Positions 27,069-35,840 of a stretch of DNA of 39,956 bases are shown in pieces; within the stretch, counting starts at the first letter, position 1; each line of letters begins with the position of its first letter. The notes under the pieces were generated by a model. That model had not been told where the DNA came from and ran no database searches. It saw only the letters and a program-made list of their open reading frames with translations. The DNA is from Thermoprotei archaeon (GTDB taxonomy: Archaea; Thermoproteota; Thermoprotei; Thermofilales; B20-G17). Made by a program: the position numbers and the translations under genes. The stretch lies in contig QMSC01000001.1 in the NCBI GenBank assembly GCA_003649515.1, forward strand, positions 1 to 39,956, given 5' to 3'.

Positions 27069-28307
27069 ATGGCCAGACATTCAGGAGAGTTAGCGAGAAA
27101 ATGGAGGGAGGTCAGCAATTCTAAGAAAACGCCTCCAGAGTATGACCAGAATAACAGCTTGTTAACTCTGCCACGGACCATATTAAACGCTTTTACAGGG
27201 CAAAAAGTGGAAGGAGTTAACAAGCAGCTTCTAGAATTAGTACAGGAAGCTTCAAGAGTACTTTTACTTATAGTGGACAGCCTCGGTTTAAATCTAGTAG
27301 TGAAAGGGGGATTATCAAGTCTAATTAAAGACTCCAGTTACTCCACATACCTAACGAGTACTGTTCCTTCAACCACAGCTACAGCTATAGCCTCACTAGC
27401 AACAGGAGAACCGCCACTCTTGCACTTATCGCTAGGTTATAAAATGTACTTGAAGGAAGTGGGTGCCATAATTAAGCCTCTAAAATTCAGCCCAGTAATA
27501 GGGGGACCACACGAAAGTTTAAGAGAAGCCGGTGTATCCATATCTTTAAACCCCTGTAAAACCGTATTCGAAAGACTATCTACTAGCGGCATTAAATGTT
27601 ATTACGTGGGACCACAGAGCATAGGGGATACCACATATACGCGTTCCTTTACAAAGGGGGCTACTTTCATAGAAAGTATAAGCCTAGAAGACACATTAAC
27701 CCTAGCACTTAAGGCGCTAAAGAAGAGCAATGAAACGCTTGTATATGCATATTGGGATAAGCTAGATAAGCTATCACATGAGTATGGGCCGTTTTCGAAG
27801 CCTGTCGAGTACTTACTTACAGGATTTGAAAAAGTTCTTACAGAACTCCTAAGAGACTTGAGGCAGGTAAAGAACTCCGTTCTGATCGTAACATCCGATC
27901 ACGGACAGATAAGCCTGAGAGGAGGGAAAAGGATCTTCCTCACTGAAGTACTTGGCTTCTTAGAAAACCTATACATGCCACCCTATGGAGAGTCGAGATT
28001 TTTATACCTACATGTTAAGAAGGAGAAAAAGTTTCTGGAGATATTTAAGACCTATTTAGAGCCGTTTGCGGAGTTATACCGGATCAGCGATATATTACAT
28101 TTGTTCGCACCCGAAAAGAAACGTACTCCAGAAAATGTAGAAACATTTTTAGACCATGCAGGCACGCACGCATTAATCCCGCGAGAGAATAACGTCTTAA
28201 TATACCCTTACGCCAAAAGAGACCTCGAATTTGACTTGAAAGGACATCATGGAGGTCTCTCACCACATGAAATGCTAATACCATTGATAATATTCGTGAA
28301 CCAGTAA
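27069..28307 (+). CDS. Alkaline phosphatase superfamily, type I phosphodiesterase/nucleotide pyrophosphatase
   Basis: IVDSLG, PSTTATA..SL.TG..P..H, D..SH.YGP, TSDHG, GHHGG....EM.IP. Confidence 0.88.
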   Translation: MARHSGELARKWREVSNSKKTPPEYDQNNSLLTLPRTILNAFTGQKVEGVNKQLLELVQEASRVLLLIVDSLGLNLVVKGGLSSLIKDSSYSTYLTSTVPSTTATAIASLATGEPPLLHLSLGYKMYLKEVGAIIKPLKFSPVIGGPHESLREAGVSISLNPCKTVFERLSTSGIKCYYVGPQSIGDTTYTRSFTKGATFIESISLEDTLTLALKALKKSNETLVYAYWDKLDKLSHEYGPFSKPVEYLLTGFEKVLTELLRDLRQVKNSVLIVTSDHGQISLRGGKRIFLTEVLGFLENLYMPPYGESRFLYLHVKKEKKFLEIFKTYLEPFAELYRISDILHLFAPEKKRTPENVETFLDHAGTHALIPRENNVLIYPYAKRDLEFDLKGHHGGLSPHEMLIPLIIFVNQ

Positions 28308-28389
28308 CTATCGGTAGCCTCATATGTAATAACCAAAAAAATATAAGCAACCCCACTATCTAACATATCTACGGAGCCAACCCCTATAA

Positions 28390-28493
28390 AGCGGGGTGGG
28401 GAAGCCAGGTATCCCAAGAGACTCCGCAAGGGGGTCTCTGGTAAGGCCGGGCTCATAACCCGGAGGTCGGTGGTTCAAATCCACCCCCCGCTA
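28390..28493 (+). tRNA. Initiator tRNA-Met(CAT) with a 30-nt intron at position 25/26 (28416-28445)
   Basis: A1-U72 pair and GGG/CCC anticodon stem with loop CTCATAA. BHB with central helix TATC/GGTA and bulges CC^A and AG^G. Spliced length 74 nt. Confidence 0.94.
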
Positions 28494-28504
28494 TATACAA
28501 TTTA

Positions 28505-28545
28505 GCCGGGTCTTATGCCCGGTGTTCTTCTCACTTTTACTCGGA
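28505..28545 (+). terminator. Hairpin plus pyrimidine tract downstream of tRNA-iMet
   Basis: GCCGGG-TCTTATG-CCCGGT followed by GTTCTTCTCACTTTT. Confidence 0.35.
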
Positions 28546-28656
28546 AAAAGCTGTAGAAGATCACCTTGTCCACATGAACGTTATCTTTGAACCTTCTAGA
28601 GATAAGTATCCAGGTTTGCTTAAATAGTGGTGAAAGCATTTAAGGCGAGGAGGAGC

Positions 28657-29181
28657 ATGAGCAAAATGCATGAACATGAGACTCATACGGTGAAACCCGT
28701 CCTTTTCGGCATCATAATAACGAGTGATAAAGTTTTTGAAGGCAAAAGAATAGATACGTTAACCTCCCTAATTGAGGGAAAAATACTTGAAAAGGGCCAT
28801 AAGGTTATCTACAAAACTATAGTTCCCAATAACGAGAGCCTCCTGATGAAAGCCCTGAAAAAAGCTTGTAGAAAAGGATGTCACACAGTACTCATAACTG
28901 GGGGGACTGGACTAAGCCCTCGAGATATAAGTGTAGATACGTTAGAAAAAGTAGCTTATCGAAGAATACCAGGATTCGGAGAATTATTCCGATACTTAAC
29001 GTTTCTGAAGCATGGTAGCTTAGCGTGGCTTTCAAGAGCCTCAGCGTACGTAGTCAGCATCAACAATAAGACCTGTTTAGTCTTTGTAATGCCAGGAAGT
29101 ATAGACGCAGTACAATTAGCACTAGATCAGGTGATACTTCCTGAAATAAGTCATGCTGTAGGGGAGCTTTTAAGGAAATAG
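28657..29181 (+). CDS. moaB: Molybdenum cofactor biosynthesis protein MoaB/MogA family
   Basis: IITSD, ITGGTGLSPRDISVD, IPGFGELFR, LSRASA, MPGS..AV. Start is ATG 28657 or 28666, after GGAGGAG. Confidence 0.92.
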   Translation: MSKMHEHETHTVKPVLFGIIITSDKVFEGKRIDTLTSLIEGKILEKGHKVIYKTIVPNNESLLMKALKKACRKGCHTVLITGGTGLSPRDISVDTLEKVAYRRIPGFGELFRYLTFLKHGSLAWLSRASAYVVSINNKTCLVFVMPGSIDAVQLALDQVILPEISHAVGELLRK

Positions 29182-29188
29182 AGAGTAA

Positions 29189-29261
29189 TAGCCCCGGCGG
29201 GATTCGAACCCGCGTCGGCGGGGCCAAAGCCCGCCATGCTTGACCGCTACACCACGGGGCT
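29189..29261 (-). tRNA. tRNA-Gln(TTG), no intron
   Basis: AGCCCCG/CGGGGCT acceptor stem, GCGGG-CTTTGGC-CCCGC anticodon arm, TTCGAAT T-loop; 73 nt. Confidence 0.96.
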
Positions 29262-29323
29262 TTCGTAGCATTATATGGTTATAGGGGGATATATTCTTGA
29301 CGCTACTAACGTTCATCGACCTA

Positions 29324-30094
29324 CTAATCTTGAGCATACAATATTTGAAGAATTTTCTGATACGCTTCCTCATCTCTCCGTTTCTTGTACCGTTTTAACG
29401 CTTGTTGCAATAGCGATAACTTACTCTCCTCTAGATTAAAGACTTCTCTAATCCTTTTCTGAAGAAAACCCTTTCCAAAGAAAAGAAATGAGATAACTTG
29501 CGTCACATTGGTCTTAGACGAGCGCACGCTAACCGTTTCGAAATCTATTATGTAAGGCTTATAGTCTCCCTTCCTTATTATCACATGTCCCTTTGGTCTA
29601 GACAGCTCTAAATGTACAAGACCTATTTCATCCAGTTTTCTACATTGTGCTATAACCTCCTTAACTACCTTCTTAATTATCTCACGTTCCTCCTTTACCA
29701 GTTGTATTATTGGATACCCTTCTACATACTCCATTACTAGTAGGTCGTTCGTATAGCCCATTAGTTTAGGTCCTACGCCGACCTTGTTCGCCATCTTTAG
29801 TTTTTCAGCTTCATCTCTAAGAGACCTCCTATCGGCATCTACTCGCCTTATTTTTAACGCTACCTTTCCACCATCCTTTAAAACTCCCAAGATCACTATG
29901 CTTGTACAGCCTTTTCCCAGAACCCCGTATCTACCGATATAGGTCCTGCCCTTTAGCACTAACTTCTCCACGCCCAAGGCCTTTAACTCACTTAGGTTCT
30001 TTAGCGCTCTCTGTAGATCCCCCGTGGGGTAGGCAAGAATTTGACTGAGATCCCTTAACACTTCCCCAATGTCATTTAAGTCAATTACCAACAT
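29324..30094 (-). CDS. Archaeal Ser/Thr protein kinase (RIO/Bud32-like atypical kinase)
   Basis: LGKG.TSIV, VALKIRR.D, EA..L..AN..GVGP, MEYVEG, H.EL..P..H, IIDFE. ATG 30094 follows GAGGAG. Confidence 0.88.
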   Translation of the reverse strand: MLVIDLNDIGEVLRDLSQILAYPTGDLQRALKNLSELKALGVEKLVLKGRTYIGRYGVLGKGCTSIVILGVLKDGGKVALKIRRVDADRRSLRDEAEKLKMANKVGVGPKLMGYTNDLLVMEYVEGYPIIQLVKEEREIIKKVVKEVIAQCRKLDEIGLVHLELSRPKGHVIIRKGDYKPYIIDFETVSVRSSKTNVTQVISFLFFGKGFLQKRIREVFNLEESKLSLLQQALKRYKKRRDEEAYQKILQILYAQD

Positions 30095-31559
30095 GCTTCT
30101 CCTCATTAACGACCTCCTCACATGCGACCTTAAGCCAAGAATATGTTCCTGAAAGTAGCTGGGAAAGCCTTACGTTGAAGTCGTCTCTCTCATGTCTTCT
30201 AAGGATTTCCTCTACCTCCTCGTTCACATAAACGCGATGTTGCTTTTTAGCGAATATCTCCCGTATATGCGTTCCATGTTTGGCTTCCAGGGAACGTTCA
30301 CTAAGCAGAGTTTTTAGGTCGCTTATCTTACGCCTCTTAAATACTATCCAACTTCCTCCTTCAATGAAGGGTCCTGCGAAGACTTCTTCGGCATTCTCAA
30401 TAAGATACTTTCTGAGAAAACTTTCTTCACGCTCTCCTGCCCCTATGGGGGGTCCCACGTGTTTTTCAACCACAGGTAACTTATCACTATGCACTTCATA
30501 GAAGAAGAGAACTACGCTCTTCTCATCACTCCATGCTAACTGCGAGAGAACAGAGAACTCATATTTCTCAAGTAATCTCCTTAACCCTCTCAATGAGCGA
30601 TAAACCTCCCCCCATAAAATATCCGGAGGAAGTTTAGGACAGGGGATCTCTATTACTAGGAAAGTTGATCCTCTCCTCAACCTTAACCTCTCGTAGTCCT
30701 CAGGTTTCAAGAGTTTAGGTGGAGGAGGGAAGAAGAATTCGATGGAAGGGTTTTCTAGAAACATCCTTGCTGCAGCCTTAAACTCGCAAAGCCTTTGGAG
30801 AGAGACAGCAGCTGCCGCGTTCCTAGTCTTATCAACGGGGTCTATTATTACCAGAGGACTGTTACCGAAAACTTTTCTTAATCGACGTAACTCTTGTTGA
30901 GAGTAATAACCCTCGATGTCTATGACAGTTCTCCAGGGTCTCCATTCCATCGCGTTGCGTAAGACGTTTAGAAAAGATCCATAGTGTATTACCAATAGCT
31001 CGCAGAGGTAGCCTGAGAAACCCCCTACCTTAATTTCTGCGCCGTATACTCCTATGCCTTTCATAAATTGCTTCAAAAGCCTCACATCATTCTTCATGTC
31101 CTGTGTAAGCTTACTGATAACATAGCGTGTGTGATACGGAGTGCGGTCGACAGGTGTTAGAACTTCGTGAGGCTCTACGCGATACGCTGGAACTATATCT
31201 ACCTCATAGCCCTCTATTAACCCCTTTATGTAGGGGTGATAGGCGTACGTTTCGTAGTAGCTTCCTCCTACACGTTTTACGGCCTCTCTTGCTATGAGAA
31301 GGCCGTATTTCCTGATAAAATCTTCAGGAAGAGATTTCGGGAAGAGCATGAATATATCGATATCCCTATTACCTGCTAGCCATGTATCCTTTGCAACAGA
31401 TCCCTCTACTTCTACGTCGATTTTTAGCGAATGTTCCTCAGCTACTCCTTTTAGCTTATCACAAAGTCTCGTAATTAGACTCCAAACCTTTTCGTACTCC
31501 TCCCTTCGTGGAGTTACTTTAACTAGAACTTCCTTCAGAACTTCTTCCACGCCCAGCAT
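30081..31559 (-). CDS. cca: CCA-adding tRNA nucleotidyltransferase (class I)
   Basis: GS.AK.TWL....DIDIF, YA.HPY, VDIVP.Y, VDRTPYHT.Y, YGAE....GFSGYLCELL. Confidence 0.96.
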   Translation of the reverse strand: MLGVEEVLKEVLVKVTPRREEYEKVWSLITRLCDKLKGVAEEHSLKIDVEVEGSVAKDTWLAGNRDIDIFMLFPKSLPEDFIRKYGLLIAREAVKRVGGSYYETYAYHPYIKGLIEGYEVDIVPAYRVEPHEVLTPVDRTPYHTRYVISKLTQDMKNDVRLLKQFMKGIGVYGAEIKVGGFSGYLCELLVIHYGSFLNVLRNAMEWRPWRTVIDIEGYYSQQELRRLRKVFGNSPLVIIDPVDKTRNAAAAVSLQRLCEFKAAARMFLENPSIEFFFPPPPKLLKPEDYERLRLRRGSTFLVIEIPCPKLPPDILWGEVYRSLRGLRRLLEKYEFSVLSQLAWSDEKSVVLFFYEVHSDKLPVVEKHVGPPIGAGEREESFLRKYLIENAEEVFAGPFIEGGSWIVFKRRKISDLKTLLSERSLEAKHGTHIREIFAKKQHRVYVNEEVEEILRRHERDDFNVRLSQLLSGTYSWLKVACEEVVNEEKHVGN

Positions 31560-31618
31560 GATCTCCTTATCCTCCCACTATAGTGAAAAGATTACCGTTC
31601 TTCCTTGAAATCGCTACC

Positions 31619-32182
31619 TCACTTCCCTAGCATCTTCTCGTACAAGGTCTCATATATAGGCCCTCTAGACGTTAGAATACTCTTTTTGAGCCTTATGCTT
31701 TCAACCCTCATACTTCCAAAAACTAGAGAGGTATGTGTCATAATGTATCTTGGAAGTTGCCCCCTATTCTTAGACTTTACCCTTGCTACAGTTACGTGAG
31801 GAGAGAAGCCTCGAGGATCAGGCCTAAAGCCTAACTTGCGCAATTTAGCCATGATCATCTCGTATACTTCACGTAGCTCTTTAGCTCCTCGTGAGACCCC
31901 TATCCATACTACTCGCGGATTTCCCGGAGAGGGGAAAGCCCCTAAACCTTCTAGCATTATTGTGAAAGGCTCGTAAACCACGCTTCTTAAGACCTTTTTT
32001 ACCTCCTCTACTAGGCTTAAGGATATTTCTCCAAGAAAGTATAGTGTTATGTGAATATTCTCTCGCTCAACGGGCTTCAGTGTTGCCCCTAAGGACATTA
32101 GATCCCTTTGCAAGCTCTCTATCTTATCAAGTATTGAGGGCTCAAGTATATCCACTGCTATGAAACTTCTAACCCTCTCCAT
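31619..32182 (-). CDS. thpR: RNA 2',3'-cyclic phosphodiesterase (2H family, LigT/ThpR)
   Basis: R.FIAV, two H.T motifs (HITL, PHVTVAR), GAFP....PRVVW.G, S.L...GPIY. Confidence 0.93.
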   Translation of the reverse strand: MERVRSFIAVDILEPSILDKIESLQRDLMSLGATLKPVERENIHITLYFLGEISLSLVEEVKKVLRSVVYEPFTIMLEGLGAFPSPGNPRVVWIGVSRGAKELREVYEMIMAKLRKLGFRPDPRGFSPHVTVARVKSKNRGQLPRYIMTHTSLVFGSMRVESIRLKKSILTSRGPIYETLYEKMLGK

Positions 32183-32555
32183 TGTACATCTCCTCTGCTT
32201 TTTTCTCAAGCCATCTTAATAATTTAATACACCTTTCAGGGTTTACAGATCCCCCTTCACCACATATATCTAAGTACTGACATGAGAAGCAAGGAACCTC
32301 TCTAAGCTCAGCAGGTATCCTCACGCCCTCTTTGACTCTTTTAGGAACCCTAAGAATGTACGTTGCTTTACCCTTATACATTATTCTTTCGCGCTCAACA
32401 AGACCCATTTTTTCTAGCCTAGCTACAATCCTAGCACCGCTTCTGCTATCTACGCCTATTATATCCCAGAGCTCCCTCTGCACAACGCCCTCGTCGCCAG
32501 CCTCCTCGAGAACTCTTAGTATCTTACGCTCAATGATGTCACTAATTTCGCTCAC
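32169..32555 (-). CDS. tfeB: Transcription factor E beta subunit (RPC34 homolog): wHTH plus Cys4 [4Fe-4S] domain
   Basis: G..Q.ELW...G.DSR...R....LEK.GL..RE wHTH; C-terminal PCFSC....IC......NP..C..L..W; adjacent to tfb. Confidence 0.85.
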   Translation of the reverse strand: MSEISDIIERKILRVLEEAGDEGVVQRELWDIIGVDSRSGARIVARLEKMGLVERERIMYKGKATYILRVPKRVKEGVRIPAELREVPCFSCQYLDICGEGGSVNPERCIKLLRWLEKKAEEMYNGEG

Positions 32556-32902
32556 TGGCCGCGCCTCCTCAGGACCTGAAGTCTCGTCAAGCTAAATTCA
32601 TAATAATAAGGGCTTAGAGAACTTTTAAGTTTTACATAGGTCTAGTCCACTGCCACTCGTTTTTGTTCTTTTGCATTTTTCATCATATATATTTTAAATA
32701 TTCTCGTAATTAGGAACCAGAATTTTAGCAAATATTGGAGGAAGAACTCTAAATGGATTTTGAGTTCCGAAGATGTTGAAAAGCAGGATGGCTAGCTCCC
32801 ATAATTGGCATAAAGCCGTGAAGAGTATGTTAGTAATTAAAAAGAGAAAGGGAGCTTCATTGAATAATAAAAATAAAAGTTCTTAATATCTTTTCACTTG
32901 TA

Positions 32903-33859
32903 CTACACTCTCACAATAAGATTTAACCCTTGAAGAAGCTCCTTAAATCTGTTCCTTATGGTTACTTCTGTAACACTTACTATGGATGCTATTTCTCTCT
33001 GAGTTCTGCGTTCTCCATGAAGGAGCGTAGCCAGGTAGACTGCTGCAGCAGCCAGACCTTCAGGCATTCTACCGCTTGTGAGACCAAGAGCACGAGCCTT
33101 CTCAAGTATTTCAACTGCTGTTTGCTGAACTCTCATAGAGAGATCTAAACGAGATACTATTCTAGGAATAAAGTCAACGGCCCTGGAGGGTGGAGCTTTC
33201 CGTACAAGTCCCTCTCCAACTAAAAGCCTGAAACTCCTGGCAATTTCCTTTCTATCTGATTTAGAAACCTTAGAGACCTCATCGAGACTCCTCGGAATGA
33301 TATTAGTTTTACACGCAGCATAAATGCATGCAGCAGCCATACTCTCAACAGATCTACCTTTGATTAGCTTCATTCTTGCAGCTTTACGATAAAGCATTGC
33401 TGCCTCTTCCCTCACAGCCTTTGGCAAACCTAGTTGTGAACCTATGCGTTCTATTTCTCCTAAAGCTATTCTGAGATTCTTCTCATTGCCATCCCCTGTA
33501 TTAAACATCTTATTCGTTCTCCTAAGTCTCAGCGCCTGAATTCTTTTACTAAAGTTTAGATCATTACCGCTTCCGTCCTTGTTTCTCCAGTCTATTGTAG
33601 TTGAGAGACCTTGGTCAGGTCTGAGCGGGGAGAGAGGAGCGCCTACTCGAGTTCTCTTTGCCCTTTGCTCAGGAGTAAAGCTTCTCCATTCAGGCCCCTC
33701 GTCGATTATATAACCTATTACATTGCCGCATTCGATGCAAACGTGCTCCCCACAAGAGGGATCGAAAATTACCTTTTCACTTCCACAGTAGGGACATCTC
33801 TCCTGGTCCTCGTAAAGGTCTTTCCTTTCCATAGCTACATGTTCCTCCAAAGCCTTCAC
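32903..33859 (-). CDS. tfb: Transcription initiation factor IIB (TFB)
   Basis: Zn ribbon CPYC...CIECG, D.GPEWR.F, two cyclin repeats, TQREIA....VTEVTIRNR.KE. Confidence 0.97.
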   Translation of the reverse strand: MKALEEHVAMERKDLYEDQERCPYCGSEKVIFDPSCGEHVCIECGNVIGYIIDEGPEWRSFTPEQRAKRTRVGAPLSPLRPDQGLSTTIDWRNKDGSGNDLNFSKRIQALRLRRTNKMFNTGDGNEKNLRIALGEIERIGSQLGLPKAVREEAAMLYRKAARMKLIKGRSVESMAAACIYAACKTNIIPRSLDEVSKVSKSDRKEIARSFRLLVGEGLVRKAPPSRAVDFIPRIVSRLDLSMRVQQTAVEILEKARALGLTSGRMPEGLAAAAVYLATLLHGERRTQREIASIVSVTEVTIRNRFKELLQGLNLIVRV

Positions 33860-34134
33860 CTACTACCTCTCCTTCTTCTCCCCCTCCCCTTCCTCTCGCG
33901 AACTGTTATGTAGAGAACCTTTCCTACCAAGGACTCAGGGGATACGCTATCCTCTATTTCTACCGATACGTAGGGGGATACAGTGGGTCCAAGAACATCA
34001 TAGACTCTTCCTACACGCCTTAACTTTTCATCAAAAACATCATCGAAAAGATGAGGCATGTTTTCAACTTTAACTAATAGCCTCCCCGTCTTCGTGACGT
34101 GTAGTACCTTCCCTAGTCTTCTAATAGCACCCAT
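33856..34134 (-). CDS. gar1: H/ACA RNP component Gar1
   Basis: LGKVLH...TG.L, V.D.....VG.V.DV.GP...PY.SV; basic tail; upstream of tfb. Confidence 0.92.
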   Translation of the reverse strand: MGAIRRLGKVLHVTKTGRLLVKVENMPHLFDDVFDEKLRRVGRVYDVLGPTVSPYVSVEIEDSVSPESLVGKVLYITVRERKGRGRRRRGSR

Positions 34135-34181
34135 TACATCACCTTTTCTCGACTAAAATCAGGGCAGGGAGGGGGCCCCGA

Positions 34182-34192
34182 CTTAAAAATCG
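34182..34192 (-). promoter_or_regulatory. TATA-like element for gar1-tfb
   Basis: CGATTTTTAAG on the minus strand; AGGTGA RBS before ATG 34134. Confidence 0.45.
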
Positions 34193-34268
34193 CTGAGTGC
34201 TCATAGAGAGAGCTCACTGAAAATATTCTACATCACCGTATAATATGGTTTTTGGTATTTTAACGGCT

Positions 34269-35153
34269 CTAAACAGCCGTCGCGAAGCTGATGATGCCTG
34301 AAATCATGCCGATCAGCGTTATCCTCCTGACTTTTTCAGCAATACGTTGAGGTTCATTCGAAATGAGAAGGTAGACAGAATATGCAAAAATAATGTCTGT
34401 AAGGAGTATTAGGGGATAAAAAAGCCAGGAGAAAGGCTCTCTAGGATTAGCGATGACTAGAAGAACGCTAGTTAGAACAACTGCAACCAGGTAAAAGAGA
34501 GACGCTACTTTACTTGCAAGACTTTCTCCATAAAGCGTGGCAAAAGTCCTTATATTGACTTTTAAATCTCCTCTCATATCACAGATACCTTTGGTAACTT
34601 CTCGACCAAAGGCCGCAAGGAATGCTATGAAGAAGAAAAGCCAGATCTTTGTACAGGGTACAGTATACGGAATGAGCAGTGCTCCGTAAATGAATGGGAG
34701 GGCTGTGAGAGAGGAGACTATCAAGTTATTCAATATAAACACCTTCTTAAGTCCTACATCATAGAGAATACCTAGTGTAAGTGCTACCAATATCACTAAC
34801 GCCTGTGTCCACGCCATCCATTTAATGGCCAGTAAGAAGGATAGTAAGAGAGCTAGAAGCGAGGACATAACTCCAGCGACAAAAGCCTCTCTAAGCGAAA
34901 GCAAGCCTATTACTAGCGGTCTATAAGGAGCATTTATCCTATCTTCTTCAATGTTAAAATAATCATTGAAGATAAAGGTAGCCACCTCTACGAAAAATCC
35001 TGAAAGTCCTCCCATGATTATTATTGGAAAGCTGATAGCGAACCTCTCGAAATCCCCGTTTAAGGAAACCCATGCAGCAACTAGTATTGCTAGTAAAACC
35101 ATAATACCATGGTCTATGCGTGCAAGCTTAAGCAGAGCTTTAATTCTCTTCAT
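34269..35153 (-). CDS. UbiA-family prenyltransferase, probable digeranylgeranylglyceryl-phosphate synthase
   Basis: NDYF..E.DRIN.P.RPL..G, Y...LK, RE..K.I.D..GD.....RT. Confidence 0.9.
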   Translation of the reverse strand: MKRIKALLKLARIDHGIMVLLAILVAAWVSLNGDFERFAISFPIIIMGGLSGFFVEVATFIFNDYFNIEEDRINAPYRPLVIGLLSLREAFVAGVMSSLLALLLSFLLAIKWMAWTQALVILVALTLGILYDVGLKKVFILNNLIVSSLTALPFIYGALLIPYTVPCTKIWLFFFIAFLAAFGREVTKGICDMRGDLKVNIRTFATLYGESLASKVASLFYLVAVVLTSVLLVIANPREPFSWLFYPLILLTDIIFAYSVYLLISNEPQRIAEKVRRITLIGMISGIISFATAV

Positions 35154-35297
35154 ACTTACCTATTTAGCCTAACAACACATTTTTAATCCTTTACCACTCC
35201 TCCTCTATTGAAGCTCGATTTGGAGGAGTAAAGCTAGATAGAGCTCAAGTAATTGGTGGAATTCCGCGATCACTACCCATCTCAAGAGGAAAACTCG

Positions 35298-35313
35298 GAT
35301 AATCTTAATAAAT
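35298..35313 (+). promoter_or_regulatory. Probable promoter of the rpl22 block
   Basis: GATAATCTTAATAAAT about 50 nt upstream of ATG 35364; GGAGG in the leader. Confidence 0.45.
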
Positions 35314-35363
35314 ATGTGAAGTGAGAGATTAGGGGAGCTTGAAAGGAGGAGCGGGGTAGTCTA

Positions 35364-35828
35364 ATGGGTGGGCGCTGGAACTTTTCAGCACAGGACCTAG
35401 ATCCTATGCGAACTGCGATAGCTAGTGGACGCGATCTAAGGATCTCATGGAAGCATGCAGTAGAGATCTGTAGGTGTATTAAGGGTTTGAAGGTAGAGGA
35501 TGCCGAAAAGTTACTCGAGAATGTTATAAACATGCGTCGTCCCATACCGTTCCGCCGTTTCCATAAGAAAGTTGCGCATAGAAGACAATTAACCAAGTGG
35601 CCCTCAGGACGATGGCCTGTAAAGGCAGCTAAAGAAATACTTAAGGTCTTAAAGAACGCAGAGGCCAATGCAGAATATAAAGGGCTCGATACAACTCGTC
35701 TCTGGGTAGTACATGCAGCTGCCCATAAAGGTCTTAAAATTAGAAAGTATATTCCCCGTGCCTTTGGTAGGGCTACACCTTACTTCCAACAGTTAGTTCA
35801 CGTAGAAATAGCTTTAATGGAAAAGTAG
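35364..35828 (+). CDS. rpl22: 50S ribosomal protein L22 (uL22)
   Basis: L.IS.KH..EIC..IKG, GRWP.KAA...LK.L.NA.ANAE.KGLD, PRAFGRA. Confidence 0.97.
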   Translation: MGGRWNFSAQDLDPMRTAIASGRDLRISWKHAVEICRCIKGLKVEDAEKLLENVINMRRPIPFRRFHKKVAHRRQLTKWPSGRWPVKAAKEILKVLKNAEANAEYKGLDTTRLWVVHAAAHKGLKIRKYIPRAFGRATPYFQQLVHVEIALMEK

Positions 35829-35840
35829 TAAGGTGATCAA

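Noticed and set aside
28247..29373. ORFs 28247-28456 and 29170-29373
   Set aside because: They overlap tRNA-iMet and tRNA-Gln respectively; not credible proteins.
32620..32695. ATGATGA on the minus strand in the tfb-tfeB gap (possible C box)
   Set aside because: No D' or D (CTGA) box at the proper spacing; surrounding sequence is AT-rich.
34135..34240. TACATCACC duplicated, with a weak hairpin, upstream of gar1
   Set aside because: One copy is simply the gar1 RBS; no C/D or H/ACA architecture could be built.
35189..35233. Hairpin ACTCCTCC/GGAGGAGT between the UbiA gene and rpl22 (possible anti-RBS switch)
   Set aside because: It lies upstream of the likely rpl22 TATA box, so probably not in the mRNA; no other support.
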